A stretch of 64,000 nucleotides of DNA from Candidatus Woesearchaeota archaeon (GTDB lineage Archaea; Nanobdellota; Nanobdellia; Woesearchaeales; JAZDKJ01), in NCBI GenBank assembly GCA_043803105.1, contig JAZDKJ010000006.1, positions 364,222-428,221 on the forward strand, read 5' to 3'. The notes under the pieces are model-generated. The model made no database searches. It saw only the letters and a list, made by a program, of their open reading frames with translations, and was not told the origin of the DNA. Below, in pieces: positions 26,673 to 35,877 of this stretch; positions within the stretch are counted from its first letter, which is position 1; the number at the start of each line of letters is the position of its first letter. Made by a program: the position numbers and the translations under genes.

Positions 26673-27659
26673 TTGTATTTGCAGCTGGGTATGGATGCGT
26701 CAAACGAATACTATGCTTTTGTTATCACTTCATGCCGTGGCAATCGCCTCAAGGAGTTTTGCCTGACACCTGCGAAGCGCCTTGTCACCTCACGCGTTTG
26801 TGTCAAAGCAAGCTTGGTTGACTACCAACATAAGCTTGCAGCTCGAGCTGTCTATAATTATAGGGTCGGAGATTCTGTTCTTGTACCGAGTGCAAGCATA
26901 GACAGTTTGACTGACGTTGTCAGCGAGTCCTGGGATGAATTCGTTGTGAATCTTGGGCCATGTTTGAAAAAGGGTGACCATGTCCAGGCGCCAGGGCATA
27001 AAACTTCTCGTGGTTACCATCAGAGCAATTCAGACATAAAGTCAGTTTTTCACACCTCGGTTTCGTTTGGTGGCCTTGATTTGTACTGCAGTCTTTTGCT
27101 CAAGAATACAAAGATTACAGAGGTCATCGAGACTAGGCAGCCCTTCGATTGCCGAGTTAAGAAAGTGGCTAAGTCAAAGAACATCGAGCACGGCACAGTT
27201 GTTGTTGCAGAGCCTGTTGACGAGAACCTCAAATACAAGGGCAATGAAGTTTTTGTCGCGAATATGGGAGGTTTTTTCGTGCGTGATGGCAAGGCTTATA
27301 ATGGCTTGGCGGAATCGCTGACTCCTACCTTTTTGCATATGAAATACCCTGCCCTTGAAAGAGTCAACACTTATGTTCTTGTTGATAAAGAAGATGACTC
27401 CGCATTCCATGCGGCAAAAGGGGTCTATATTCTTGAGAATTGTGGGGTCACAGTGCTCAAGGAAAATTTAAACGATGAGGAACTGAGATATTTTTTGCAT
27501 TTTTTGCAGGAGATGTTTACCTTGCACAAAGGAAGGGATCATCCGTTTGTTGTGGTGCGTAACTGTCCAGCATACAAGGAGCCTGAACATCTCTTGGAGC
27601 ATTTTGGTTTTGATGCAGTGCGGCTGAGCCCGACCAAGTATTCTGATGTGTTCTATTAG
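26673..27659 (+). CDS. hypothetical protein
   Basis: 328-aa ORF. The true start may be the ATG at 26691 (MDASNEYY). No family recognised. Confidence 0.5.
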   Translation: MYLQLGMDASNEYYAFVITSCRGNRLKEFCLTPAKRLVTSRVCVKASLVDYQHKLAARAVYNYRVGDSVLVPSASIDSLTDVVSESWDEFVVNLGPCLKKGDHVQAPGHKTSRGYHQSNSDIKSVFHTSVSFGGLDLYCSLLLKNTKITEVIETRQPFDCRVKKVAKSKNIEHGTVVVAEPVDENLKYKGNEVFVANMGGFFVRDGKAYNGLAESLTPTFLHMKYPALERVNTYVLVDKEDDSAFHAAKGVYILENCGVTVLKENLNDEELRYFLHFLQEMFTLHKGRDHPFVVVRNCPAYKEPEHLLEHFGFDAVRLSPTKYSDVFY

Positions 27660-27717
27660 CCAGTCAATTTGATGACTGGCTGCAGTGTATCGAATCCTGG
27701 GTTAAATTGTTGAATAA

Positions 27718-28371
27718 TCAACCGAAGAAATCTATAATGCTCTTGCGTGTTATCCTTCTTATCTTCCTTTCTATCTCCTCAGCATTTTCAAATTCCTTTT
27801 CCTTTTCCTTGAAAACCCTTGAGTGATAGAGGTTGCTCTTGGTGTTTGCCTTGTATTGCAGCTTCTTATGCAATAGTTCGTGATACATTACATAATCAAT
27901 TGCATCATCCCCGACCTTTCTCAGTATAGGACTTATGCTTATAGTGTTTGTGTGAAAGTTATAGCTACCCAATGTTCTCCTTGAGCCTTTTCCGAACAAG
28001 AGATTTGGTGCCTCCATCAATCCATAGAAATACTTTTTGTTAACCCGAAAGAAAGAATCAACCAATATTGGGTCCATCCGTGTTGCCGGAACCACTGTTC
28101 CAAGGTTTTTGATAAAGTGGTGATACAAGTCGATGTTAGTGCTTTTTGCAGGCTTTTTGAAAACCTTCACGAGCAGGCTCTGTACCAACCCTATCTGGAT
28201 GTCTTCGCTCACAGTCTTCCATTTCGAGCTCAATTGCATACTCAAGCTGCTTCTAGAAAATCTTACCCTTGCATTGTACGCCTTAAGCCGTCCGTATTCA
28301 AGCTTTGTTTCATAACCGGCAAGCTCTTTGTGATAGAGTCCTGAAAATGCTGCTTTGATTAGGTCGCTCAT
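27718..28371 (-). CDS. DUF45/YgjP-like metal-dependent hydrolase
   Basis: 217-aa ORF with a C-terminal IDYVMYHELLH (HExxH) followed by HSRVF, as in the family. Confidence 0.6.
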   Translation of the reverse strand: MSDLIKAAFSGLYHKELAGYETKLEYGRLKAYNARVRFSRSSLSMQLSSKWKTVSEDIQIGLVQSLLVKVFKKPAKSTNIDLYHHFIKNLGTVVPATRMDPILVDSFFRVNKKYFYGLMEAPNLLFGKGSRRTLGSYNFHTNTISISPILRKVGDDAIDYVMYHELLHKKLQYKANTKSNLYHSRVFKEKEKEFENAEEIERKIRRITRKSIIDFFG

Positions 28372-29468
28372 CCCTGCAATTCATACCTTAGGATTGCTGC
28401 CACTTTGCCAAGGTCTCGCAATTGTACCCCTTCTCTTGTCTCTGTGGAGATTATCTTTACTTCGCTTCCCATCTCCTGCGCCTTTTTGTCTAGTTCTGTC
28501 ACAGTGTTCTCGTCAAGCGCGTCTGACACAAGTAGTGTGTTTACCATCCCTATCTCCAGGGCATGGCGTACTTCCTTTAGCCCATAGGCGACCATTCCTT
28601 GCTTTGTTGCTAGTAATTCAAAGAACCTTGCCATTATCTTTTTCTCGTCAGCTATTTCCTCATTTGCTAGCACATCCTGGCTTTTGTCAAGAAGTTCCTG
28701 AAGCCCGAAATCCCCAGTATAGGATAAGTCCTTTATAGCGATTATCTTTTTCTTCACCTCGTTTGTGATAAAATCTCCGTCAACAAACTCATATTTTGTT
28801 GGCCCAGGCCCTCCCACAAGTATTCCCTTTATTTCGCTCTTCCCAAGGAATGCGTCTTTTGCCATCTCCCCAATCTTTTGGTAGAATTCCTTCGCTGAAT
28901 CCTCCCTTATCCTCATGAATCTTGCTGCTGATTGCCCTCCTGCCCTTGTCTTTCCAGGAACGTTTGATTTGGCAGAAGCGATTGGTATTATGCTTTTTCC
29001 TTTGAGCATTGCCACATCTCCATCGCGCCTATCCAAGACTATCATACCGAAAGCGTCCTTGATATCAGTCATGTCCCTCAGCAAGTCAAGCACGAATTCC
29101 TTGTCGCACCTGTAAATCCTTGTTTTAAGCGGCTCTGGGGGCTCAATGCTCCACACCCTGAAATCTTGCCCTCCCTCCCGTTCTGATACGTTTCCGGAAA
29201 AAACCGCCAATCCATCGGGAGGTGTTCTCTTGAAAAGCTTAAGGTGCTGTATCATTTTTTCCAGCGCATCCTGCACATTCTTGCGTGTTGCTGAAGACTT
29301 TATGTTTGACGCAGTGCCCTGCTCCTGAGAAAGATGGTTTATTATCTTGTTCAAGTCATAGTCTGCTGGCACGTAAACGCTCACAAGCTCAGTGTGCCTA
29401 CCCTTGTATTTTTCCAGTTCCTTCACAAACTTCTGAAGGTCATATCTTTGTTTTGCAGTTAATGTCAT
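28368..29468 (-). CDS. prf1: peptide chain release factor aRF1
   Basis: 366-aa ORF with TASNIKS and GGQSAARF motifs. Confidence 0.93.
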   Translation of the reverse strand: MTLTAKQRYDLQKFVKELEKYKGRHTELVSVYVPADYDLNKIINHLSQEQGTASNIKSSATRKNVQDALEKMIQHLKLFKRTPPDGLAVFSGNVSEREGGQDFRVWSIEPPEPLKTRIYRCDKEFVLDLLRDMTDIKDAFGMIVLDRRDGDVAMLKGKSIIPIASAKSNVPGKTRAGGQSAARFMRIREDSAKEFYQKIGEMAKDAFLGKSEIKGILVGGPGPTKYEFVDGDFITNEVKKKIIAIKDLSYTGDFGLQELLDKSQDVLANEEIADEKKIMARFFELLATKQGMVAYGLKEVRHALEIGMVNTLLVSDALDENTVTELDKKAQEMGSEVKIISTETREGVQLRDLGKVAAILRYELQG

Positions 29469-29572
29469 GATTCAAACTAACTTATCAGGGTATTTAAAAA
29501 TTGTGTTGTGTTCATGCCTGCAAAAAGCTGCCTTGCCAGTCAGATTGACAGGCTCAGGCAAAAAGCATTAAC

Positions 29573-29580
29573 TTTATAAA
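29573..29580 (+). promoter_or_regulatory. TATA box (TTTATAAA) upstream of the tRNA-Pro locus
   Basis: Read directly. Lies 57 nt before the truncated copy at 29638. Confidence 0.4.
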
Positions 29581-29637
29581 TCACTGGTCGGCTCTGTACA
29601 ATAATCAAGGAGCAGTACACTTGACCTTACAATCATT

Positions 29638-29672
29638 GGGGCTGCGGGGGAGCTGCGAAGTCAGCTCGCACC
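29638..29672 (+). ncRNA. Truncated degenerate copy of the tRNA-Pro 5' end plus conserved 23-nt hairpin
   Basis: GGGGCTGCGGGGG compared with the genuine GGGGCTGTGGGGT (U8 replaced by C). The hairpin is GAGCTGCGAAGTCAGCTCGCACC (29650-29672). The leader ACAATCATT matches ACAATCAAT before the real tRNA. Confidence 0.6.
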
Positions 29673-29710
29673 TTCGTGGGACATAAAGTCCCCCTGACAT
29701 CACAATCAAT

Positions 29711-29827
29711 GGGGCTGTGGGGTAGCTTGGTCTAGCCTATCTGGTTTGGGGCAATGCAAAAAACCAGATGACCCCGGTTCGAAAGTTTTATAAAAGGCTG
29801 ATTAACTCGAAAATCCGGGCAGCCCCA
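29711..29827 (+). tRNA. tRNA-Pro: tRNA-Pro(UGG), 117 nt, two introns (12-nt anticodon loop, 30-nt T-loop)
   Basis: Hand parse: GGGGCTG TG GGGT AGCTTGGTCTA GCCT A TCTGG TTTGGG[12 nt] CCAGA TGAC CCCGG TTCGAAA[GTTTTATAAAAGGCTGATTAACTCGAAAAT] CCGGG CAGCCCC A. The mature length is 75 nt. Confidence 0.85.
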
Positions 29828-29905
29828 CTCATGTTCGTGGTTGGTCTTCCCAATGGGAAGACGCACCCTTTAGGGTGCCGATGCAGTCAACAGGCATTTC
29901 TGTTG

Positions 29906-29921
29906 ATCCGGGCCGCCCCCA
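29906..29921 (+). other. Degenerate duplicate of the tRNA-Pro 3' end
   Basis: ATCCGGGCCGCCCCCA compared with the genuine ATCCGGGCAGCCCCA (29813-29827). Preceded by three hairpins (29828-29905). Confidence 0.45.
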
Positions 29922-29977
29922 CTCAGTTTTGTTGGCTAAAAACATGGGAAAACGCTGCACAAAGGGCAATTCGCAAA

Positions 29978-30286
29978 ATGGGAGAAAAACAATTCGGTTC
30001 AATCAAGAGGTTTGGAGCAAGGTACGGTCGTACTGTCAAACATAACCTCGCAAAGATAGAGGAAGGATTAAGGAATTTCCAGAAGTGCCCGTACTGTTTT
30101 GCAGTCAAGGTCAAGAGAGTATCTTCTGGAGTGTGGCATTGCCGCAAGTGCGATGCCAAGTTTACAGGCAAGGCATATATTGTTTCAGGCAAGCTAAAAC
30201 CTATTGTCCTTGCAAAACCTATCGAGGAAGTTGATGAGGAGATGTCTTTAGGGAAAAAGAAGGAAAAGGTTTCTGAGGAAGAATGA
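29978..30286 (+). CDS. rpl37ae: 50S ribosomal protein L37Ae (L43e)
   Basis: Internal Met of the ORF-track ORF 29768..30286: MGEKQFGSIKRFGARYGRTVKHNLAKIEE...CPYC...CRKC. The longer ORF overlaps the tRNA. Confidence 0.9.
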   Translation: MGEKQFGSIKRFGARYGRTVKHNLAKIEEGLRNFQKCPYCFAVKVKRVSSGVWHCRKCDAKFTGKAYIVSGKLKPIVLAKPIEEVDEEMSLGKKKEKVSEEE

Positions 30287-30420
30287 CAAAATACAAGTGT
30301 TTTAATTGCAATAAAAGGGTGAGCGAGGAGTATGTAGGCAAAAGGGTTAGATGCCCTTATTGCGGAAGCAAGATGCTGTTTAAGCCTCGCAGCGTGCTGA
30401 CCAAGGTCAAAGCCCGATAA
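30283..30420 (+). CDS. rpoP: DNA-directed RNA polymerase subunit P (Rpb12 homolog)
   Basis: Below the ORF-track cutoff. MTKYKCFNCNKRVSEEYVGKRVRCPYCGSKMLFKPRSVLTKVKAR. ATGA overlap with rpl37ae, which is the conserved gene order. Confidence 0.85.
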   Translation: MTKYKCFNCNKRVSEEYVGKRVRCPYCGSKMLFKPRSVLTKVKAR

Positions 30421-30767
30421 TGAAAATTGACAAGGATGTTGAGCAGAAGATTAAGCGCCTTCAGCTCTATGAACAAAACATGCAGGCGCTTGCTTCACAA
30501 AAGCAGCAGTTCCAAAACCAGCTTGTTGAGATTGAATCAGCATTGGCTGAGCTGGAAACCGCAGAAGTCTCGTACAAAATCATAGCAAATATCATGGTGA
30601 AGTCAGAGAAGCCCGCATTGAAGGCTGAGCTGGAGCAGAAAAAGGAGATGCTCGAGCTTCACATCAAGACCCTGGACAAACAAGAGTCCAGCATTCGCGA
30701 CAAGTCAAAGCAGATTCAGCAGGAAGTTCTAGGCACGATCAAAAATGAAGAAGACAAACCCAAGTGA
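30420..30767 (+). CDS. pfdB: prefoldin beta subunit
   Basis: 115-aa coiled-coil ORF in the conserved context after rpl37ae-rpoP. Confidence 0.8.
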   Translation: MKIDKDVEQKIKRLQLYEQNMQALASQKQQFQNQLVEIESALAELETAEVSYKIIANIMVKSEKPALKAELEQKKEMLELHIKTLDKQESSIRDKSKQIQQEVLGTIKNEEDKPK

Positions 30768-30999
30768 TCTGGAGCTCATTTTCTTAGCACTCCAAGAGTT
30801 GATTGATGATACAACTGTTCCCAGGAACGTTAAGTCAAAGGTTGAGGCAGTGCAAAAGATTTTGAAGGAAGAATGCGGGCTGTCCACCCGAGTAAACAAG
30901 GCCTTGAACGAGCTGGAGGAGATTGCTAACGACACGAACATGCAGGCTTACACAAGAACCCAGCTCTGGAATGTTGTCAGCCTTCTTGAAAAGCTTTAG
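30745..30999 (+). CDS. UPF0147-family protein
   Basis: 84-aa ORF (IDDTTVPRNVK...ANDTNMQAYTRTQLWNVVS). Usual neighbour of pfdB in archaea. Confidence 0.7.
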   Translation: MKKTNPSDLELIFLALQELIDDTTVPRNVKSKVEAVQKILKEECGLSTRVNKALNELEEIANDTNMQAYTRTQLWNVVSLLEKL

Positions 31000-31531
31000 A
31001 TAATGTAGCGTTCGGAACATAAATCTTATCTCCAGTTTCTGTTTCTATGAGTGTCTCTGTCATTCCTATGTGCTCAAGCCTTCCGTGCAATCCCTTGAGC
31101 CTTAGCCTTTTGCCTTTGGCTGGATATTTCTTCTTGAGTTTAAACCCTGCTACCAGGTTTGGAAAAAAACTTCTTAGTCCAAGGAATGTTGAGATGATTA
31201 AGATTATCAGGAGTGCTGAGGCGCTCAAGAACAATACCGGCCTTGTCAGGCCTAACTGGTTTAATGCTGCTATGATTGCAATGAAGTAAATGGTTAAGGT
31301 GCACAATGTTCCTATGAGAGCATCTGGCGCCACCTTCAGGTGCATTTTCTTCGACAATGTTTTCAGCTCTGCCTCTTTGAGTATCCTTTGTACAAGCCTT
31401 CCCACCACCTTGCCTACTATGATGCCTATAAGTATTATGAGCACAGCAAGGACCATTCGTGCTAAAATGCCCGAGAATATTCTTGTGACCCATGGAAACT
31501 GGGTTATTGCAAGGAGTTCAGCTTCTGCCAT
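30977..31531 (-). CDS. small mechanosensitive-channel-like membrane protein
   Basis: 184-aa ORF with 3 TM helices and a C-terminal beta domain (GRLEHIGMTETLIETETGDKIYVPNATL). Confidence 0.5.
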   Translation of the reverse strand: MAEAELLAITQFPWVTRIFSGILARMVLAVLIILIGIIVGKVVGRLVQRILKEAELKTLSKKMHLKVAPDALIGTLCTLTIYFIAIIAALNQLGLTRPVLFLSASALLIILIISTFLGLRSFFPNLVAGFKLKKKYPAKGKRLRLKGLHGRLEHIGMTETLIETETGDKIYVPNATLSKAFQEG

Positions 31532-31613
31532 GCCTGTTCAAAGCATTTCAAGATTATTTAAAACTTGTGTTGAGACCAAAACATTTTAATTCTTCGCTGT
31601 TAAACTGTGGCTA

Positions 31614-32708
31614 ATGGATGAAATCTCCAGGAATATCCTGCCTCAGAAGATAAAGGAGTTGGAAGACGAGCTCGCCAAGACCAAGTACAACAAGCGAACA
31701 CAGCATGCCATTGGGCTCCTCAAGGCAAAGATTGCCTTATTGAAGGAGAAGCATGAGCAAAAGTCAAAGAAGGGCGGCCCACTCTATGGCTTTGCTGTAA
31801 AGAAGACTGGCGACGCTACCGTAGTTTTTTTCGGCTATCCCTCTGTCGGCAAAAGCACTCTTCTCAATAGGTTGACAAACGCAAAGTCAGCTGTTGCAGG
31901 TTATGCCTTTACCACAGTATCAGTCATTCCAGGATTGATGGATTACAACAACACCAAGATCCAGCTTCTTGACATCCCGGGCATTATTGCTGGCGCTGCC
32001 ACAGGTTCTGGCCGCGGTAGGGAAGTTCTTGCCATTGTCAGGAATGCTGACCTTCTTGTCATTATTGTTGAAGCACTTCACACTGAGCAAATCAATATAC
32101 TAAAGGATGAGTTGTACAGGTCAGGCGTACGGATAAATCAAAAACCTCCTCAAGTGAAGATTACTAATACCATGCAAGGTGGTATAGTGGTGGATTCTAC
32201 AATCAAGCTCTCAAAGCTAGGTCGTGATACAATAAGGGATATATTGAGGGAATTCAGGATAATGAACGGACATGTGCTCATAAGGGAGGACATCTCTACT
32301 GACCAGTTGATTGATGTGCTTACAGCCAATTGCAAATATCTTCCCTGCATCGTTGTGGCAAACAAGAGCGACCTTCTCAGTCAAAAGCAGCACATCAAGG
32401 GTTGCGACCTCATGATTTCTGCAAAGCATGACCCTAGTCTGGAAGAGCTGCGCAAGCTGATTTTTCTAAGACTCGAACTTATTCGCGTTTTCTGCAAAGA
32501 GGCTGGCAAGCCTGCAGATATGCAGGTTCCGCTGATTCTGAAGAAAGGCAGCAATGTTGAGGATGTTTGCCTCAAGCTTCACAGGGATTTTGTGCCCAGG
32601 TTCAAGATTGCCAAGGTCTGGGGGAAGAGCGCTAAGTTCCCTGGCCAGCAGCTTGGTATAAATCATGTTGTGCAAGATATGGACATAGTTGAGCTTCATC
32701 TGCACTAG
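31614..32708 (+). CDS. DRG/Obg-family GTPase with TGS domain
   Basis: 364-aa ORF with GYPSVGKSTLLN, DIPGII and NKSD motifs, plus a C-terminal TGS-like segment. Confidence 0.88.
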   Translation: MDEISRNILPQKIKELEDELAKTKYNKRTQHAIGLLKAKIALLKEKHEQKSKKGGPLYGFAVKKTGDATVVFFGYPSVGKSTLLNRLTNAKSAVAGYAFTTVSVIPGLMDYNNTKIQLLDIPGIIAGAATGSGRGREVLAIVRNADLLVIIVEALHTEQINILKDELYRSGVRINQKPPQVKITNTMQGGIVVDSTIKLSKLGRDTIRDILREFRIMNGHVLIREDISTDQLIDVLTANCKYLPCIVVANKSDLLSQKQHIKGCDLMISAKHDPSLEELRKLIFLRLELIRVFCKEAGKPADMQVPLILKKGSNVEDVCLKLHRDFVPRFKIAKVWGKSAKFPGQQLGINHVVQDMDIVELHLH

Positions 32709-32738
32709 CTTTAAATACATCCTGCAAACTGCAAAGAC

Positions 32739-34040
32739 TTGATGAAACCAATAACCATAATTGCATTATTGTGCCTTTTCCTTGTTGCCTGCTCCGTCCA
32801 ACAGCCTGTACAATCTCCTACAGCCAAGGACCTTGGAGAAAGGCAAGTTAAGACCACCATTCCTGATAAGCAAACTATTCCCGAAAAGCAGACCATCGTT
32901 GCCCTTCCAAACACAAATTTCTCTCTTAGGCAAATTGAGTCTTTGATTTACTCTCTCTCAGCCGTGGACTATGAGTTCAGCCAAGACCTTACTGATGAGC
33001 CAATCGTTTCAGAACTAAGAAAAAAACAGCAATTCCTCGCAATGTCCGAAAATACAAACAAGTTTTTTGTTGTCCAACAGCTCAAGCAAGGCAAGCTACA
33101 GACACTCTCAGATTTCTATAACTTCGAGAAGAGTCCGGATTGGCAGCTTTGGCGTTATTATATTAATGAGACAAAGTGGCACTGGGCTTACAAGCCACTC
33201 AGCCAGAAAGAACTTGCTAGGTTGCTTCCAGGTTATTCCTATTTGTCTTATACTGCTCCCGACTCTGATTGGATTGATGTGGATATTTTCGAGCAGCCGG
33301 TCATGACAAGCCTTGGCCCGATCCTGGAGTACAGGATGTTCTTGACAAAGTATAACCAGTTTGGTTTTGCCCAGGATGAGTGGCAGCCTGCAGTGATTTT
33401 ATATAAGGTTCCGTGCTCAGAATCAACAGTCTTTTACCTGAGGCCAAAAAGAGGCCTTGACTTTGGTTATGCTGTGCAGCTTAACCAGAAAAAGTCTGAT
33501 TATCTTCACAACTGGGACAGGGAAATCTTAAAAAAACAGCCATTGATGATAAATTATAGTGAATCAATAATGCGTGCCTGCGGCTTAAACAGATCATCCT
33601 TCACCTCCGCAAATCCATCAACTTATGAGGACCATTTTAGTTTGGTAGTGAACAACAAGGTCTATTTCAAGAAGTTGTTCAATTTTTCAATGGATGCTAG
33701 GGTCTCGCTCAGGGAAAAGCCGCCTTATGATGCTTATCACATTGAAGACCTCAATCTGAGTTTTGTCTATTCAGACAAGTTCATGAGGATCACCGATTAT
33801 CATGTGAGCGTGAAGATTTTGATCAATGATTCAGGATGGATTAAGGACTATGCTGAGTACCAGATTGTTGGTGACCCTGTTCCTTTCGGTAGGCAGGTCC
33901 AGAGGAATTTCAGTGTCTTCAAGGACATCACTTTTGGCCCTAACGCAACCATTATACTGATTCCCTATCTTGGCACAGTGGACACTTTTGAGGCATGGCG
34001 CTATTATATTGGTGAGCCTATAGCCAGGAAGATAAGCTGA
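32739..34040 (+). CDS. lipoprotein, hypothetical
   Basis: 433-aa ORF with a signal/lipobox LFLVACS. Confidence 0.55.
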   Translation: MMKPITIIALLCLFLVACSVQQPVQSPTAKDLGERQVKTTIPDKQTIPEKQTIVALPNTNFSLRQIESLIYSLSAVDYEFSQDLTDEPIVSELRKKQQFLAMSENTNKFFVVQQLKQGKLQTLSDFYNFEKSPDWQLWRYYINETKWHWAYKPLSQKELARLLPGYSYLSYTAPDSDWIDVDIFEQPVMTSLGPILEYRMFLTKYNQFGFAQDEWQPAVILYKVPCSESTVFYLRPKRGLDFGYAVQLNQKKSDYLHNWDREILKKQPLMINYSESIMRACGLNRSSFTSANPSTYEDHFSLVVNNKVYFKKLFNFSMDARVSLREKPPYDAYHIEDLNLSFVYSDKFMRITDYHVSVKILINDSGWIKDYAEYQIVGDPVPFGRQVQRNFSVFKDITFGPNATIILIPYLGTVDTFEAWRYYIGEPIARKIS

Positions 34041-34088
34041 CGAAAGCATTAAATACGAACCAAGAAACAAGGTTCAAAGGTGAGATTT

Positions 34089-34316
34089 ATGGCAAAGAAG
34101 AATGAATCAAGCAATGACGAGCAAATCGGTTTTCACAAGGGTGCCCTTTCCACACTCGCAAAGGAGCGTGAGGAGATGGCAAAGATTCTGTCCATTGTCG
34201 AGCAGCTTATGCAGATGCACGTCAAGGCTCTAAAGGAACTTGGTGTTGACCTTGCTGCCCAGGCAAAGGAGTTTGAGGCAAAGCAGAAATCCAAGAAGAT
34301 TGATGATATGTTATGA
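34089..34316 (+). CDS. small coiled-coil protein, hypothetical
   Basis: The ORF-track ORF starts at 34080. The ATG at 34089 (MAKKNESS) has an AGGTGA SD 6 nt upstream. Confidence 0.45.
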   Translation: MAKKNESSNDEQIGFHKGALSTLAKEREEMAKILSIVEQLMQMHVKALKELGVDLAAQAKEFEAKQKSKKIDDML

Positions 34317-34702
34317 AGGTTTCTTTTTCTGCTTTTGGCCATCCCAACATCACTGCAACCCACAAGACCACTTTAGAGATAACAAGCGATTCTGAAGTCT
34401 CAGCTTCAGGAACGTGCATTATCGGAGTTAGGGCAAAGATTCCTGACCTGAGATGTTTTCTTGACAAGCCCTCGATTATCATATTGCTCAAGGTAGCTGG
34501 ACTGGAGGACAAGATAAGATGTGTGCCGAACCCCTCGTTTCAAAGTGATAAAGAGCTGGTTGTTAGGATGGGAGAATTCAAGTCACCAAGGACATTTGGG
34601 TTAAGGGCTGACAAGGCTTCAAGACACATTGACCGGAGGATTGCGCAATTGCTCAAGGATAGTTCAATGCGCCTTCAAATTGAGGTGACTGATGAGGCGT
34701 AA
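34313..34702 (+). CDS. DUF371-domain protein
   Basis: 129-aa ORF: FGHPNITATHKTTLEIT...GTCIIGV. Confidence 0.7.
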   Translation: MKVSFSAFGHPNITATHKTTLEITSDSEVSASGTCIIGVRAKIPDLRCFLDKPSIIILLKVAGLEDKIRCVPNPSFQSDKELVVRMGEFKSPRTFGLRADKASRHIDRRIAQLLKDSSMRLQIEVTDEA

Positions 34703-35150
34703 GCAGCTCAGTAAGGCAGAGATAAAGGAGTTCGCAGATAAGCTCTGTGCCCTATACCCTGGTTATCAGCTTTCAAAAAAAGACCAGGTCGAGTTGGTTG
34801 ACGAGAAGATCATTCTTATCAACAGGCAATCCTCTTTCTTCCTGCGTGAAGGCGTTCCTGTTCCAACTCTCAGGCTGCTTTTGAAGAATCAATTTCTTAA
34901 GACCTTAGTGGTTGATATGGGCGCTGTTGGGTTTGTTGCCGAAGGCGCTGATGTGATGCGGCCAGGAATAGTTGGTTTCGACAATGACATAACTGAAGGC
35001 GAGTTTGTTGCAGTCGTTGACTTGCAGAACCGAAAACCGCTTGCTGTTTGCCAGGCTGTTATGTCCTCAGAACAATTGAAGTCGACCGGCTCGGGCAAGT
35101 CGTGCAAGAACCTGCATCATGTAGGGGATGAGATCTGGTCCGTTACTTGA
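34692..35150 (+). CDS. PUA-domain RNA-binding protein (MCT-1/Tma20-like)
   Basis: 152-aa ORF with a pre-PUA plus PUA layout (GADVMRPGIV...GEFVAVVD). Confidence 0.7.
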   Translation: MRRKQLSKAEIKEFADKLCALYPGYQLSKKDQVELVDEKIILINRQSSFFLREGVPVPTLRLLLKNQFLKTLVVDMGAVGFVAEGADVMRPGIVGFDNDITEGEFVAVVDLQNRKPLAVCQAVMSSEQLKSTGSGKSCKNLHHVGDEIWSVT

Positions 35151-35586
35151 TGCGTCTTGTCTTTGGCACATAGTTCAATATCCTTCCCTGTCTTGCGCTT
35201 CCGCAGCCAAGATAATGTTCCTTATGTTTCACGATCACAAATCCGTCCTGGCATTCCTTTTCTAAGTCAAAGCCTTTCAGCCAGCTCATTTCTTCCTGTT
35301 CATTCACTTCAACAATATTTTTTGTTGCGCCTGGGCCTATGATTTGGCTTCCTTCCATTGACAGCCTAAGCCTTTCGTGTGTTATCTCTCCGAAATAAAG
35401 CCCTACAGAATTGATTCGTAGCGCCTTTAGCTCTATCAACCCAAAATCCCGAGTGGTTAGGAAAATCCTTGACTTGTTGTTCATCAGGAATACGTACTCA
35501 AGTTTTGCCTTGAATCCCCATTGGTCTTCAAGGAGCACAGCTATCTTCTTTATTTCATGGGTGTTTAATATACTAAGGTTGTCCAT
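35143..35586 (-). CDS. NIP7-like (UPF0113) PUA-domain protein
   Basis: 147-aa ORF with a C-terminal PUA-like GFVIVKHKEHYLGCG. Confidence 0.55.
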   Translation of the reverse strand: MDNLSILNTHEIKKIAVLLEDQWGFKAKLEYVFLMNNKSRIFLTTRDFGLIELKALRINSVGLYFGEITHERLRLSMEGSQIIGPGATKNIVEVNEQEEMSWLKGFDLEKECQDGFVIVKHKEHYLGCGSARQGRILNYVPKTRRIK

Positions 35587-35590
35587 AATT

Positions 35591-35791
35591 CTATGAGTTT
35601 AGCATTCCATCCATTGTGTCATGTACAACTTCCTTGAAAGTCCTGTACTCGTTAGGGTCTATAGCCTTCTGATAGAGCGCTTCAAGCACAGCACAACCCA
35701 CAGACATCCCATATTTAATGCTACCTGCTTCAGGAAGCGCTGCCAGCACAGCCACTGAGTTCACTATTGCTGCTTCAAGGTTTACATCCAT
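35591..35791 (-). CDS. hypothetical protein
   Basis: 66-aa ORF, co-directional and adjacent to the NIP7-like gene. Confidence 0.35.
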   Translation of the reverse strand: MDVNLEAAIVNSVAVLAALPEAGSIKYGMSVGCAVLEALYQKAIDPNEYRTFKEVVHDTMDGMLNS

Positions 35792-35877
35792 ACAAACCTT
35801 TCTCTCAGTGTGATATTTAAATATTTAGTTTCATTCAAACATAAAAGCTTAAATATCCATTTTAACAGTATATCCTT

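Noticed and set aside
29863-29878. Hairpin GCACCCTTTAGGGTGC, considered as an ochre-suppressor-like anticodon arm (UUA) that might relate to the in-frame stop in the MazG-like gene.
   Set aside because: The loop is only 4-6 nt, not 7, and there is no surrounding cloverleaf. The MazG stop is TAG, not TAA.
29768-29977. N-terminal 70 codons of the 172-aa ORF containing L37Ae.
   Set aside because: This part overlaps tRNA-Pro(UGG) and its downstream hairpins. L37Ae homology begins at the internal Met (29978).
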